Shown in pieces: positions 37,263-48,848 of a DNA stretch of 64,000 bases. Under the pieces are notes generated by a model, which was given only the letters and a program-made list of their open reading frames with translations, had not been told where the DNA came from and searched no databases. This DNA comes from Haliotis rubra (lineage: Eukaryota), in NCBI RefSeq assembly GCF_003918875.1, contig NW_025766747.1, forward strand, positions 248,001 to 312,000. Direction: 5' to 3'. The position numbers and the translations under genes were made by a program. Within the stretch, counting starts at the first letter, position 1. Every line of letters begins with the position of its first letter.

Positions 37263-38427
37263 TCTGACCAAGCTGCTTCACACCACAACCAGGACTATTT
37301 CAGATGTATCGATCTCGTGGCTCCCAGCAAACTGTTACAAACTGTTCAACTGGATATTCTAAAAGGCCTGAATTTAACTTAGCCATTGGTTGTGATAAGG
37401 TTGAAACTACCAATGTATACAGTATTTAGTATTTAGAGGTCAGATAACATGGAAATACACCTCTAAAATACACAGATAAACCTTCAAATAGCACATTTGC
37501 ATAAGCATAAAACAATGTTTAATACTTGAATGAAAAGCTTTTTTTGCCCTCCAGGGTGTTGGGATATCAGTTGTATTGATGCTCAGTAGAACCCATCTAA
37601 GTTGGCGCTAGTAAAACCCCAAGTTGAGCTGGCCATGGTGACATGGGCTGGATGTCCCGATTAACTTAACTTTGACCAAAAATTATTCATACCTCATACA
37701 TACACGGCCCTCCAGTTCTCTGCTTGAAGGTTTATTATCCATACAATTGTACTTTCAGGTAGGAATGTGTAAACTTTGTAAAGCACTGTCGACGATGAAC
37801 TACCTGTCCAATCAGACTGTAGTCTTCACTCGTCTGGTTAGATGTATAACGTGTTGGAACTGGTATCTCTGTTCTACGCTTTACGCTGATGTAAGATGGC
37901 CAAAGCACATTTGTAAACGCAATGACAGGCGTGTTAAACCAATAGCCATGTTATTATTACAAATGTTCAACCAAGGAAAGTAAATCTTGAGCTACCTACA
38001 CTGTGAAAACTCTCTTAACCATCACATTGATCTTGCACTACTGTGTTTTAAGCACCTGTAGATCCAGATCAACGTGTGGTCTGCGTATATGCTATGTTGT
38101 TTTGCCGTTGATGTAATGTAAATTCATATGTATTATTATAATGACGTACTTGTCCATCAGACAATGGTGATATCAATAGAAACAAATGTAGTATATTCAC
38201 ACAAGTTTTATTAACATTTAAATAAATAAGCTAGAATACATACACAATACAAAGCATGGTTACAAGCGTCTACCCACCTGTAATTAAGACAAGACAGATA
38301 TCCATATTGTGCCATGAAACCAAGCGTAGTTTGCATTGTCATAAACAGAGCTTCCACTCCCAGTTGGAACACTCTCAGCAGCACTTTGGTTTGCCCATTT
38401 GTACACTTCAGTACTACATCACAAGCG

Positions 38428-39504
38428 TTACATAAAGTTAGTGTATTGGTTTCCCAAAGGTTGAATGGACTTTGTAGCACTGGGGAGTGATTGCTGTACT
38501 CGCTGGTACAGAGAGTCATAAGGATTTCTAGATCTCTCAAAGCTGGACGATGAAACTTGAGGCATATAGGTCCCACTCAGGGACGAGCTTCCCGGCGGAG
38601 AGCTGGAGAGAGGGGAGCCGGTTAGAGAGCTGTTGATGCTGCTGGGGTTGTAGTAGCCGGCTGGTGAAGAGTAGACTGTAGGAGATCCCATGGTCCAAGT
38701 ACTGGAATCAGGCTTGCTCGATGTGCTGTAGGGGTGTGTCTGGGTCAGCCCCTGGGGTAAGGAGCCGAGACTGAGGGGGTTGAAACCTGTGTAAGGTGAT
38801 GGACCCCCATACAATCCGAATAACTGTCCATAAGAACTGGCAGGATGGAATGGAAGATCATCACGACGTTGCTTTTGTGCCGACTTGAAACGTTTGGAAC
38901 GACGAAGGAAACTACCGTTACCGAACATGTCCCCACAAGATGGATGCAGAGCCCACAGGTTACCCTTGCCTGGTTTCCCTGGAGGTCGGGGCACCTTGAC
39001 GAAACAATCATTGAGGGAGAGGTTGTGTCTGATGGAGTTCTGCCATCTCCGTTGGTTGTCTTGGTAGTAGGGAAATCTCTTGATGATGTAGTTGTAGATG
39101 TCGTTGAGAGTCATCATGCCTGTAGTGGAACTCTCGACGGCCATGGTGATGAGAGCCACGTATGAATAGGGAGGCTTCTTGTTGGAAAATTGTCTGCTTT
39201 GCTGGGACAGAGTTGACGTTCCTGAGACAGTGCCTAGACTTGTGTCTTCTTCCCCATCGTTGTCGGAGCTCAAGGAGGAAGATGGTGATGGCAAGGTGAT
39301 GTGGTCGTTGTCTGGAGAATGTTGCTGTTGAAGGGGGTCCCTCATGTCTATAGGAGAGAGTTCAGACCTGACGTCGGGTTCACGTACACCAAACTTGGAC
39401 GAAGTAGGGTGATGTTGTGTTGCATATAGCGGTGCCATCGTCATAGCCGTTGATGGGTCAGCAACAGCACCTTCATACTGAAGCGTTGTTGGATTAAACA
39501 GCAT
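38428..39504 (-). CDS. foxAB: FoxAB-like forkhead transcription factor, copy 3 (358 aa, intronless)
   Basis: Intact ORF; N-terminus and 5' UTR nearly identical to copy 2 but C-terminus distinct; TATA at 39579-39584, TAATCC at 39594-39599. Confidence 0.9.
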   Translation of the reverse strand: MLFNPTTLQYEGAVADPSTAMTMAPLYATQHHPTSSKFGVREPDVRSELSPIDMRDPLQQQHSPDNDHITLPSPSSSLSSDNDGEEDTSLGTVSGTSTLSQQSRQFSNKKPPYSYVALITMAVESSTTGMMTLNDIYNYIIKRFPYYQDNQRRWQNSIRHNLSLNDCFVKVPRPPGKPGKGNLWALHPSCGDMFGNGSFLRRSKRFKSAQKQRRDDLPFHPASSYGQLFGLYGGPSPYTGFNPLSLGSLPQGLTQTHPYSTSSKPDSSTWTMGSPTVYSSPAGYYNPSSINSSLTGSPLSSSPPGSSSLSGTYMPQVSSSSFERSRNPYDSLYQRVQQSLPSATKSIQPLGNQYTNFM

Positions 39505-40931
39505 TTTGTATTCTCAGAGAATCCTGTATACTGTACTCGAGCAGCAGTGAGACTATACCTTCATACTGGTCCGGGGAGTATATATCCCTGTAATAATCCT
39601 CCACAAAAACATCTTACAATTCCAATTTGTTCCCAGAGAGCAACTCTATTGTTAGGTAATTGTACCCCCGGGAATTACCGGAGGTCCGGCCAGTGTAAAT
39701 GTAGCATAGATGCTATTGGCTACTTGTAAACAGAGGTCCCGCCTACGTGTTTAGACACCAATCACATTGGTAGTGTAAGCTCTCGCCTGACGCTGGATGC
39801 AATGAGAAATGCCTACCTGATTGTGAAATATTTTAGCTAAATATTTCTTATTTCTTCATAAGCCGAATAAACTATCATTTGTGCTCAGTGTCTTTCTCTA
39901 CAATAGAATTTTGAGCACAATGCAACACTTCTAATTACAAACGTACACATTTAGAGAAAGGCTTATTAGTCCGTTATTCATTGATGTAGTGAAACCCGTA
40001 TCCATAGGGTTCCGGTAGCCTGAGGGTTATCTTGTACATGTCAACTTCTAAAGCTTAAGTCAACATTGATGTCATAACCCTGTAAAACAGACGACATTTT
40101 AACAAATCTATCTAAATCATAAAGTTTTATCCGAGGGTAAAAACGGAAATGATCGCCTTCAAAATATTAAAATATGTCCACATGTATATTTAGATCCACA
40201 TCAATCTTCTCAGTGTATCATATTTGCAGTCGTTCTGTATATTGAAATGTTAATGTCATGAATGCTAAAAAAGGACATATCACAGTCCACTATGAGTGAA
40301 GGGCTGAGTAGGCCACACTTGTTGTCAAAGGTTGTGCATATACTGAGTGACGACTACATGCTTGTACATACTGAACCTAGCGATACCTGGCGACACATTC
40401 AGGGTGACAGACTGTTAGTAACGTGTTGTACTGGCGTTGTAAGGGAAAGGTCACATGCTGAAATAACCATCACATGTCGAAAACACCATGGGTCCTGGAA
40501 ATAGTAATCGAAGACATACAGCTTCTTTAAAAAAGTTTCAACACTTACTGACTTGAGAACAGAGCAGTATCAATTATGACTGAAATAACATCCAATCTGC
40601 TCCAGCAGCCGAGTGGCATCAGCATCCTGTAAACATACTTACATACAATATACATACACCGGAGAAATGGGCAGGATTGTAATGAATAACTAAACAGGCA
40701 CGTATTCGTGCTAACTGATATAGGTGTTGCTCAATTTTTCATTTGTTACAACATATTTTGTGTTTGTAGTAGTTAACCGAATATTGACAATTATTTCTTT
40801 TGAATTGAATTCTCTTGAATCTGTTTGTGTACCTGTATTGATTATATGCACGAAGAGTATGTTTTTAGACTGAACAGTGACAATATGGTGAAATGCTCAG
40901 ACAATACTGATATGACATGTTCATTAAGGAT

Positions 40932-41080
40932 GACACAAGTAATCGTATCGGCCAGTCTTAATGACTCGTTTAGTGAGTTGTTTCTACACTTATTGACTTC
41001 ACAATAAACATACAAAATCACACTTCTCGGGTTGTCAGTATCGATCATTACAGAAACAACATCTAATCACTGCCAGCAGC
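40932..41080. promoter_or_regulatory. Module A upstream of Fox copy 3
   Basis: gacacaagtaatcgtatcgg...tgagttgtttctacacttattgacttcacaa...cagaaacaacatctaatc. Confidence 0.5.
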
Positions 41081-41587
41081 TCTTTCAACTAAACGTAGAC
41101 CACTTCATCTAACAATTAGGCTGTGCAAACTGTGAAACTGCCCATTGTGACAGTGTATACAAGAAACGGAATTTTTCAATTCCGCTTTTTGCACATATGT
41201 AAAATATGAGCTAGAGTGACACTCCTTTATTTAAAGGTTTATTTAATTCATTTTTTATATCCAAGTAATTTTAAAGTAGGAGATAGAATTACATGTAGTA
41301 ATGAAAAATCGTTACAGTTCTAACATTTACCAGATATTTTCTAAAATATGGATTGCATCTTTGGAGCACATACATGCATAATTTCACACCTCAGTGTGGT
41401 ACAGATAATTTGTGAAACTGAAATACCAGTTGTTGAAATATTGTGATAAAGGTGACAAAATACATGTGGGTGTCATCTAATGCTGTTCATTACACTGGGT
41501 TTAACGATCTGTAAGAGTTGTTCGTGAACATGTTAAATAAACACCACAGGCTTTTGATGTACCCGCACAGGTAACAGGATTTAAAAG

Positions 41588-41850
41588 AAACTGGATTAAG
41601 ATTCGAACGTCGTGGGACATAAAAACCTTTTGTTTTATCACAGATTATTATTGTTGTTCATAGCAAGTACAATATTGATGCAGTTACTGTTTGTTTGCGC
41701 TTCCTAATACACCGTCAGTTGCACCGCCGCCCTTTTGTTAATCGGCTTCTAACGAATGACTTTAAAATGGATTACTGTAAAACTGCTTTCCTTCCTTTCT
41801 GTCGTCCCTATATGAGAATCAGTGTAAGTAGGGAGGCGACAGTAGCGGGT
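41588..41850. promoter_or_regulatory. Module B upstream of Fox copy 3
   Basis: aaactggattaagatt...tgttttatcacagattat...gtacaatattgat...tgtttgtttgcgcttcctaat...ggcgacagtag. Confidence 0.5.
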
Positions 41851-42827
41851 AACTATGTAGACGCCAGAATCCTATATCACAGAGACGAAGACTTATTTTT
41901 TTCTTTTTTAAACAGTATTTTATTTCCCGAAAGACATGTAATATACATTAAACATGAATAAATTACAAAGGAAAATGGATTGGCAGACAGGCTGCATCCG
42001 TCTATGTAAATGGTTCTCCGGACGGAGACAGAGACTTAAATCTGTTTATATCCAATGGAAATGTTTCCAAGTCGGACGTACCATGAATGGGAATGTTTGT
42101 GGGTGAGGTAGTAGGCCAGTTGCCTGACTACGTTCTTTCTGGAATCAGAAACAAATCCGAAGAACTCTCTAGTACAGTAGGACATTTTAACAAATCAAAC
42201 GTAAAAACAACTCAGCGTTGAATGTCATCCCATTTTAATAACCGAATTATAAGAAGCCAAAAGGCAAACTTCGAATGAACGTAATTTGGTTTCCAATTTC
42301 ATATATGCATCAACTGTGAAAGAGACCAGCGAGAACTTGGAAATCCGAGGATGAGCGTAGTCCATGCCAAATATCGATATCGCCACTCTCGTTTAGACGT
42401 TCATTTACATGTTCACCTGTACCTAGCATGACCATATTTTAATCACATATTGCGAATGATTACATTCTACCATAACCCATACATAACAGCACACGCACTG
42501 ATGAATCGGATCATCATACTACTATTATCAGAAAAAAACAACTCAATAAAACCTACTTAACACGAATTGGGGAAACTACAAAAGAGAGTGTTTGGAAGAC
42601 ATTCAAGGAACTAATTATACATCTCACCTGCCATAATTTTACAGACATCGTTCTAATCCAGATTTTGAATGCCATTTAACTTGATGTACCTGTAGTTCTG
42701 AAATATCCATGGCTTGTCATTAAATTAGTACAGATTAGGACGATATGCCCCAACTGTCATTGAAGTATATGAAATTTGACTGAAATCCTTTTCCCGTAAG
42801 AAACATTGAAAATAATTGAATCCTCTA

Positions 42828-42989
42828 TGTTAGATGCCTGCATGTATATTACCACTACCTGCACATAGTTGAGACTCTAATGTTAGATGTCTGCATGTAT
42901 ATTACCACTACCTGCACATAGTTGAGACTCTAATGTTAGATGTCTGCATGTATATTACCACTACCTGCACATAGTTGAGACTCTAATGT
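42828..42989. repeat. 53-bp tandem repeat, 3 copies
   Basis: tgttagatgtctgcatgtatattaccactacctgcacatagttgagactctaa. Confidence 0.9.
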
Positions 42990-43316
42990 ATGTGAATGTT
43001 TTATATATAGTTATCGCAGTCATTGGATTAGCTCTTGGTGACACTGACCTCAAAGTACTGACATCCTCGGAAAGAATGTCTGGTCGCATATTTTAGACTT
43101 AAGGACTGAAGAATTGTAAGACGGACGTCACTCATAGGTTTGAGATAGCTAGAATAATGTAAGCCGGTCAAGCCCAAGTAATAGCCTGTGACCAGTCACA
43201 GCAAGTCTATTGTTGAGAGCTAATGTCTTGTGCAAATATTGAATCAGCTAGAGGTAGCCACGTAACAATCGCCAGGTGGCACTTCTGCAGATTCCTTCCC
43301 TGATTCCAAGTCATGA

Positions 43317-43716
43317 TCAACTCTCGACGACCATGGCGATGAGAGCCACATAGGAATAGTGAAAACTGTTTGTTTTGTTTGGAGATAGTTGACGTTCCTG
43401 AGACACCATCAGGAGGACTAAAACCTTCCTCATCGTCGTTGTCGGAGCTCAGCGAAGATGAAGGAAAAGAGAATGCCTCAATCAGGTTGCTTGAAGGTTC
43501 CTGTTCAAACTTACATACGTTGTTATTATTGCTGCTGAATGCAACCCCGAATTATCTTCTGCTACAAATGACGTCTGCCACTAGCCGTGTATTGTACAGA
43601 GTCAGGGATCAGAAGGTGCATGTACAGTGTACGGTAGTGGCAGGTGTTTTGTCGTGACCAGTGTATACAGTCTATCAGTGTTGTTAAGTGGAAACATATA
43701 TGTAAAATAACAACAT
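43317..43716 (-). pseudogene. Deleted FoxAB-like pseudogene (seventh copy)
   Basis: Minus strand translates [34 protein letters not shown], then a frameshifting deletion of NKKPP, then YSYVALIAMVVES-stop; the rest of the forkhead is absent. Promoter relic gagattatcc at 43794-43803. Confidence 0.8.
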
Positions 43717-44266
43717 GACGGAGTCCCAGGAGACATTGGACGCTGAGACTTGCTTGCAGTCATGATTTCTACAGAGGGAAATATACTGTAACTGAGATTA
43801 TCCTCTGATGACACATCACATACATTCAATGTACCCTTGACTTGGCTTGATGAGACTGAAGTGGCCGCCAGGCACACAGTTAGAGGTTGGGGCTTGCTAA
43901 TCCAGAATAAATGTCGGACCGGGATCAGTCGGCTGTTCCTCCAAAATCTACAGTCAAGTGGTTAATATCAGCGACTAAAGTCTTCAACGCATTTGTACAA
44001 TAAGGACACACTCTTTATCTAACAGTTTAAGTCATAACGTAGTTATTTTTACATATATTTAAACATCAAATTCAGACGAAGTATTTAGCCTTGATTTCCT
44101 TCCCGAATTGAAACATGTCACCATGACGATCAGTGCCACACACAACATATTAAAATCTGTGTATTGTTGCCAAGTTTCTGTTTCTTGTCGGCTCCAGCAT
44201 GCAGTGAAGGTGTCCGGCTTCCTGACTGGAACGGACACCCTCCCATGATGCTCCGTCAGAGCAACA

Positions 44267-44581
44267 AGTAAGGAAGGATAACAATATATGGATGAACAAC
44301 TTCTTTATTGCTGTGAGAGCGACGTTTCGGTGAAGGTTCTAACACCGTTATCAAGCAAGTGATCAACAGGTTCTAACACCGTTATCAAGCAAGTGATGAA
44401 CACCGTTATCAAGCAAGTGATGAACAGGTTCTAACACCGTTAACAGCTGTTCATCACTTGCTTGATAACGGTGTTAGAACCTTCACCGAAACGTAGCTCT
44501 CACAGCAATAAAGAAGTTGTTCATCCATATATTGTTATCCATCCTTACTGCTCCAACTTCTAAATGCCTCTCAAAGAAGTA
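44267..44581. mobile_element. Penelope-like element relic: inverted pseudo-LTRs plus tail
   Basis: About 100-bp inverted arms (44267-44369 and 44446-44549) containing gacgtttcgg / ccgaaacgt, internal tandem duplications, a tail of about 30 nt, and a 13-bp direct repeat agagcaacaagta (44258-44270, 44582-44594). Confidence 0.65.
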
Positions 44582-44905
44582 AGAGCAACAAGTAGATTAG
44601 TGTAAATCTACATGACAACCAAACAGTGATTTTATGTGGCTGTTTCCATGAAACACATTTATTTCAAGTTTGATATTGGACCGAGAGTATAAAAACTGTT
44701 CATGTGTCTTTAGAATGAAATTATCCTTTATAACTTTTCAGCATCAATACATGTTAAGATGTTTAAGAGACAGTCAAGGCATACCATGCTTCCGATTATA
44801 CATGTTATAACATAGATGTTATAAGTTGCTCTGTAATGCAACCTATTTGTGTACACATTTACGTGTTACACCAACCATATAATCGTTGGACGCGCCTTAT
44901 GTCCT

Positions 44906-45106
44906 NNNNNNNNNNNNNNNNNNNNNNNNNNNNNNNNNNNNNNNNNNNNNNNNNNNNNNNNNNNNNNNNNNNNNNNNNNNNNNNNNNNNNNNNNNNNNNN
45001 NNNNNNNNNNNNNNNNNNNNNNNNNNNNNNNNNNNNNNNNNNNNNNNNNNNNNNNNNNNNNNNNNNNNNNNNNNNNNNNNNNNNNNNNNNNNNNNNNNNN
45101 NNNNNN
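44906..45106. other. Assembly gap (N run)
   Basis: Run of n. Confidence 0.99.
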
Positions 45107-45396
45107 CTACTATTAGTTTTATATTACTGCTACTGCTACTGCGCTAGGATAAGCGCAGACAGGGGAGTTTACTTGATCTACGCCACTGAGGGATCTTGTG
45201 CCCACGACCAACAACATTGTAATGTATTTACGAGACGATAATGTCTCCGTCGATGTATGCTTCGGTCTACTGTCGAACGGCGAATTGTATATAATGAGTT
45301 TCTGTGTTACCAACTTAACATGTTGTTTTTGAGAATGGAGAACCCGATCAACTTACAAGATAAACAGTATGCTGTAACAACTCATTGAACAAAGTA

Positions 45397-45653
45397 CCAG
45401 TGAAGGTCCGGGTTAGAATGTTAGATTGAACCTTCAGTAACCCATGCTTGTCGTAAGAGGCGACTAACGGGATCGTGTACCGGTGGTCAGGCTCGCTGGC
45501 TTGGTTGACACATGTCATCGGTTCCCAATTGCGTAGATCGATGCTCATGCTGTTGACCACTGGATTGTCTGGTCCAAACTGGATTATTTACAGACCGCCA
45601 TATAGCTGGAATATTGCTGAGTGCGGCGTAAAAGTAAACTTACTCACTCACTA
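45397..45653 (+). mobile_element. SINE family B, full length
   Basis: ccagtgaaggtccgggttagaat...cactcactcac; imperfect flanking duplication ending acaaagt. Confidence 0.9.
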
Positions 45654-45978
45654 ACTCACTGGACAAAGTGACATGGCCACATCGAAGTAGGGTTCACCTC
45701 ACTTTTCTCAAGTTACATCACTCCACAAGAAAAGACCATTTTGTGATAAAATGTTTTATTTTAAAATGTATTATATACATGAATACTTAGATAACTTCTA
45801 TCAAAGCATGAAAGAGTACATATGAAATTCAGGCTACTCGTTATGGAATACATAGACACAAGTCAGTGCCGTGTCTCCCAAGTTAATGGGTAGGTATGAT
45901 TATACCTGTACATCGTTTTCAAACAATGTCCATAGCACTATCGTTGATGTTGTTGGTGAAGCATCTCAACAAAGGCAT

Positions 45979-47067
45979 TCACTTCGACATCCCGAAAAAA
46001 GACATATTCAGAGCAGCTCCTGTGAACGTTGGATAGAACTGAGGAGAGGAATAATTATACAAATTCTGAATAGCACTGGAGTTCGGTGATTCTGGGATGT
46101 ATGTCCCTGGCAGAGGCGGGTTTCTCGACTGGACAGAGGGCATCTGTGGCATATAGGCCGTTTGATGTCCTGGGGGAGTGCTGGAGAGAGGGGAGCCGGT
46201 CAGGGAGCTGTTGATGCTGCTGGCGTTGTAGTAGCCGGATGATGGAGAGTAGAGTGAAGGAGATCCCATAGTCCAGGTACTGGGGTCAGTCCTGCTTGTG
46301 CTGGGGTGTGTCTGGGCCAGTCCCTGGGGTAAGGGGGAAAGAGATAGGGGGTTGAAGCCTGGGTAGGGGGACTGACCCCGGTAAAGACCAAGCTTTCCAT
46401 ATGCTGTGAACCGCTCAATCAGCGCGTCGTCTTGTCGTTGTTTGTGTCCTGACTTGAAACGTTTAGCACGACGAAGGAAACTACCGTTACCGAACATGTC
46501 CCCACAAGATGGATGCAGAGCCCACAGGTTACCCTTGCCTGGTTTGCCTGGAGGTCGGGGCACCTTGACGAAACAATCATTGAGGGACAGGTTGTGTCTG
46601 ATGGAGTTCTGCCATCTCCGTTGGTTGTCTTGGTAGTAGGGAAATCTCTTGATGATGTAGTTGTAGATGTCGTTGAGAGTCATCATGCCTGTAGTGGAAC
46701 TCTCGACGGCCATGGTGATGAGAGCCACGTATGAATAGGGAGGCTTCTTGTTGGAAAATTGTCTGTCTTGTTGGGTTTGAGTTGACGTTCCTGGGACATC
46801 ATCAATGTGTACATCGTCATTGCCGTCCTTGTCTGTGCATGGTGACGGTGACGGCAGAAGGTCTCCGCCAGGGGAGTCTGTCTCTTCTCGGTATGTGGCT
46901 CTAAGAAACATGTCTATTCCCTTTGGCGTTCCAAGAGGCGCAGTGGACTCCGGTGTTGCCGGCGCAATCGTAAATGTTTGAGGCCCCATGTACGGAGGTG
47001 TCTCGAGCTGCATCACGGCCTCGCCAGTCACGCTGCCGTACGGAGATAACAGTGTATGATTCAACAT
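45979..47067 (-). CDS. foxAB: FoxAB-like forkhead transcription factor, copy 4 (about 362 aa, intronless)
   Basis: Intact ORF from ATG 47067; only copy with RRAKRFK; TATAAA at 47129-47134 and gagattatcc at 47144-47153. Confidence 0.9.
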   Translation of the reverse strand: MLNHTLLSPYGSVTGEAVMQLETPPYMGPQTFTIAPATPESTAPLGTPKGIDMFLRATYREETDSPGGDLLPSPSPCTDKDGNDDVHIDDVPGTSTQTQQDRQFSNKKPPYSYVALITMAVESSTTGMMTLNDIYNYIIKRFPYYQDNQRRWQNSIRHNLSLNDCFVKVPRPPGKPGKGNLWALHPSCGDMFGNGSFLRRAKRFKSGHKQRQDDALIERFTAYGKLGLYRGQSPYPGFNPLSLSPLPQGLAQTHPSTSRTDPSTWTMGSPSLYSPSSGYYNASSINSSLTGSPLSSTPPGHQTAYMPQMPSVQSRNPPLPGTYIPESPNSSAIQNLYNYSSPQFYPTFTGAALNMSFFGMSK

Positions 47068-47894
47068 GGTCACGGTGATGTAGCAGTGAAGGTACAGTGT
47101 TGTATACCGTCGTCACCCCGTCCATGGGTTTATATTCCCCGCCGAGATTATCCCCTCAATGCAGTTTGTTTTGTCTCTTGATTAGTCAGCCATTGTTGGG
47201 TAATTTGGAATGGGTCGTGTATTATACAACAGGCACGTCTTTAATTGGTCGTTCATTCCTAGTGGCCGGCTCATCTGCAGCTACGCCCACCATTGTCCAT
47301 TCTATTAGGCCGCCCCAGTTTTAGATAGGTCAGGGAATTTGGGTCGTTTTATTCAGTTTTATTATTGTATTTCTTCATGCATATCCCAAAGCCGATTTTA
47401 GTCTGTAAAGTGAAAAAGAAAATGCAATCAGAAACGTAGATAATGCTATACTGTCTCACAAACATATTAGTCTTGAAGGTCACACATACATGCTGATAGA
47501 TATAGTGTACAACGGTAGCAGTCCTATAATGTTGGTGATGTATTAAAGTACACGCGAAGCTGGTGCACTAAATAGCTTATTTGGCATGAACCACTTAAAG
47601 ATGAAAAATAATGATAGAATACTTTGCATGTTCGCGATCGTATATACAAAATGCATCCAAGGTATCAATTGAAGCAGTAGTACACCTAGGGTATCCAAGC
47701 GTTGTATCCGCCGTGTTGGTAAGGGAAATCTTTGCTCTTGTCACACAGTCTTGCGGAGATGTTTTTGTCACTCTCACACATACTCTTTGAGAAAAGATTT
47801 GAGCACGATTCTTATTTTGTAAACAATCTAAAAAGCGAAAATACATCAACGTACACTTGTGTTTGTAGGGGTAGGTTTGAAGCTGAAGTGCAAA

Positions 47895-48321
47895 TATACT
47901 CCCCATCAAAAGTTTAGACTCACTAGTGTAAATGTAGCCATTTACTTAAGTCAACTGTCAACTGTTCTAAAATTAATTTTGCAAAATGTTCCATACTGTT
48001 TAAAGGTATTGTTTACACATGAACTGATGTATTGTAAAACAAATTTGAAGCTTTGAAAATATTATTGTCATGAGTTCAATAAATGATGAAAATTGACGAA
48101 TTCGTAACAAAACTTTACACCAAAACGCAGCTGTTCACGTGCATGATATTTGCTCATGCTTTACAGCAATTTGATGCATGATCCTCGTGCAGTACATCTG
48201 CATAAGGTTTTCAGTTGGTTCCCCAAGTTAGTGGAGAAATTCATCGTCGATGTGACCATACATATATACATAACATATAGTGAGTGCTTTAAGTGAGTCT
48301 AAACTTTTGATGGGTAGTATA
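47895..48321. mobile_element. Tc1/mariner-type MITE
   Basis: TIRs tatactccccatcaaaagtttagactcact / agtgagtctaaacttttgatgggtagtata with TA ends. Confidence 0.8.
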
Positions 48322-48737
48322 TTAAACAATGATATTTCCAAATAATGGTTTTACATATTAGAACTGGATGGCTCAAACTGGGACACTTAAGTGAATAACT
48401 ATCCCCACACAAACCGGCCACTGGTAAATCCCTCTCAACCAAACACTCATAACAAATTTCAAGCACGTCAACCCAATTTAATATCCTATTTCAATCCCAT
48501 TTTCGTCACTACTTATACCCAAAGATACCGTTTTAACGTGTCATTTCCCCCCATAACCGAAAATATTTAAAGTTTGGAAACAATATATAGCCTTAGGTCT
48601 TTTCTAGATGTACACTATTCTTCTTAATATAGTTAGTTACTGTATGTATCAGTTGTAATGTATTTGTTCTGATTATTATGTAGGAAACAGAGAACAGGTA
48701 ACTTTTGTTGGGCGGAACTGAGATTCAGATAACATGA

Positions 48738-48848
48738 GGTTCGGGGTAAGTGGAAGCTGTGTGTAGATATGGCGGTTCGGGGTAAGTGGAAGCTGTGTGT
48801 AGATATGACGGTTCGGGGTAAGTGGAAGCTGTGTGTAGATATGACGGA
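48738..48848. repeat. 36-bp tandem repeat, 3 copies
   Basis: ggttcggggtaagtggaagctgtgtgtagatatgac. Confidence 0.9.

Noticed and set aside
43155-43185. gccggtcaagccc resembling a twister ribozyme core
   Set aside because: The remaining conserved elements and pairings are missing; likely chance.
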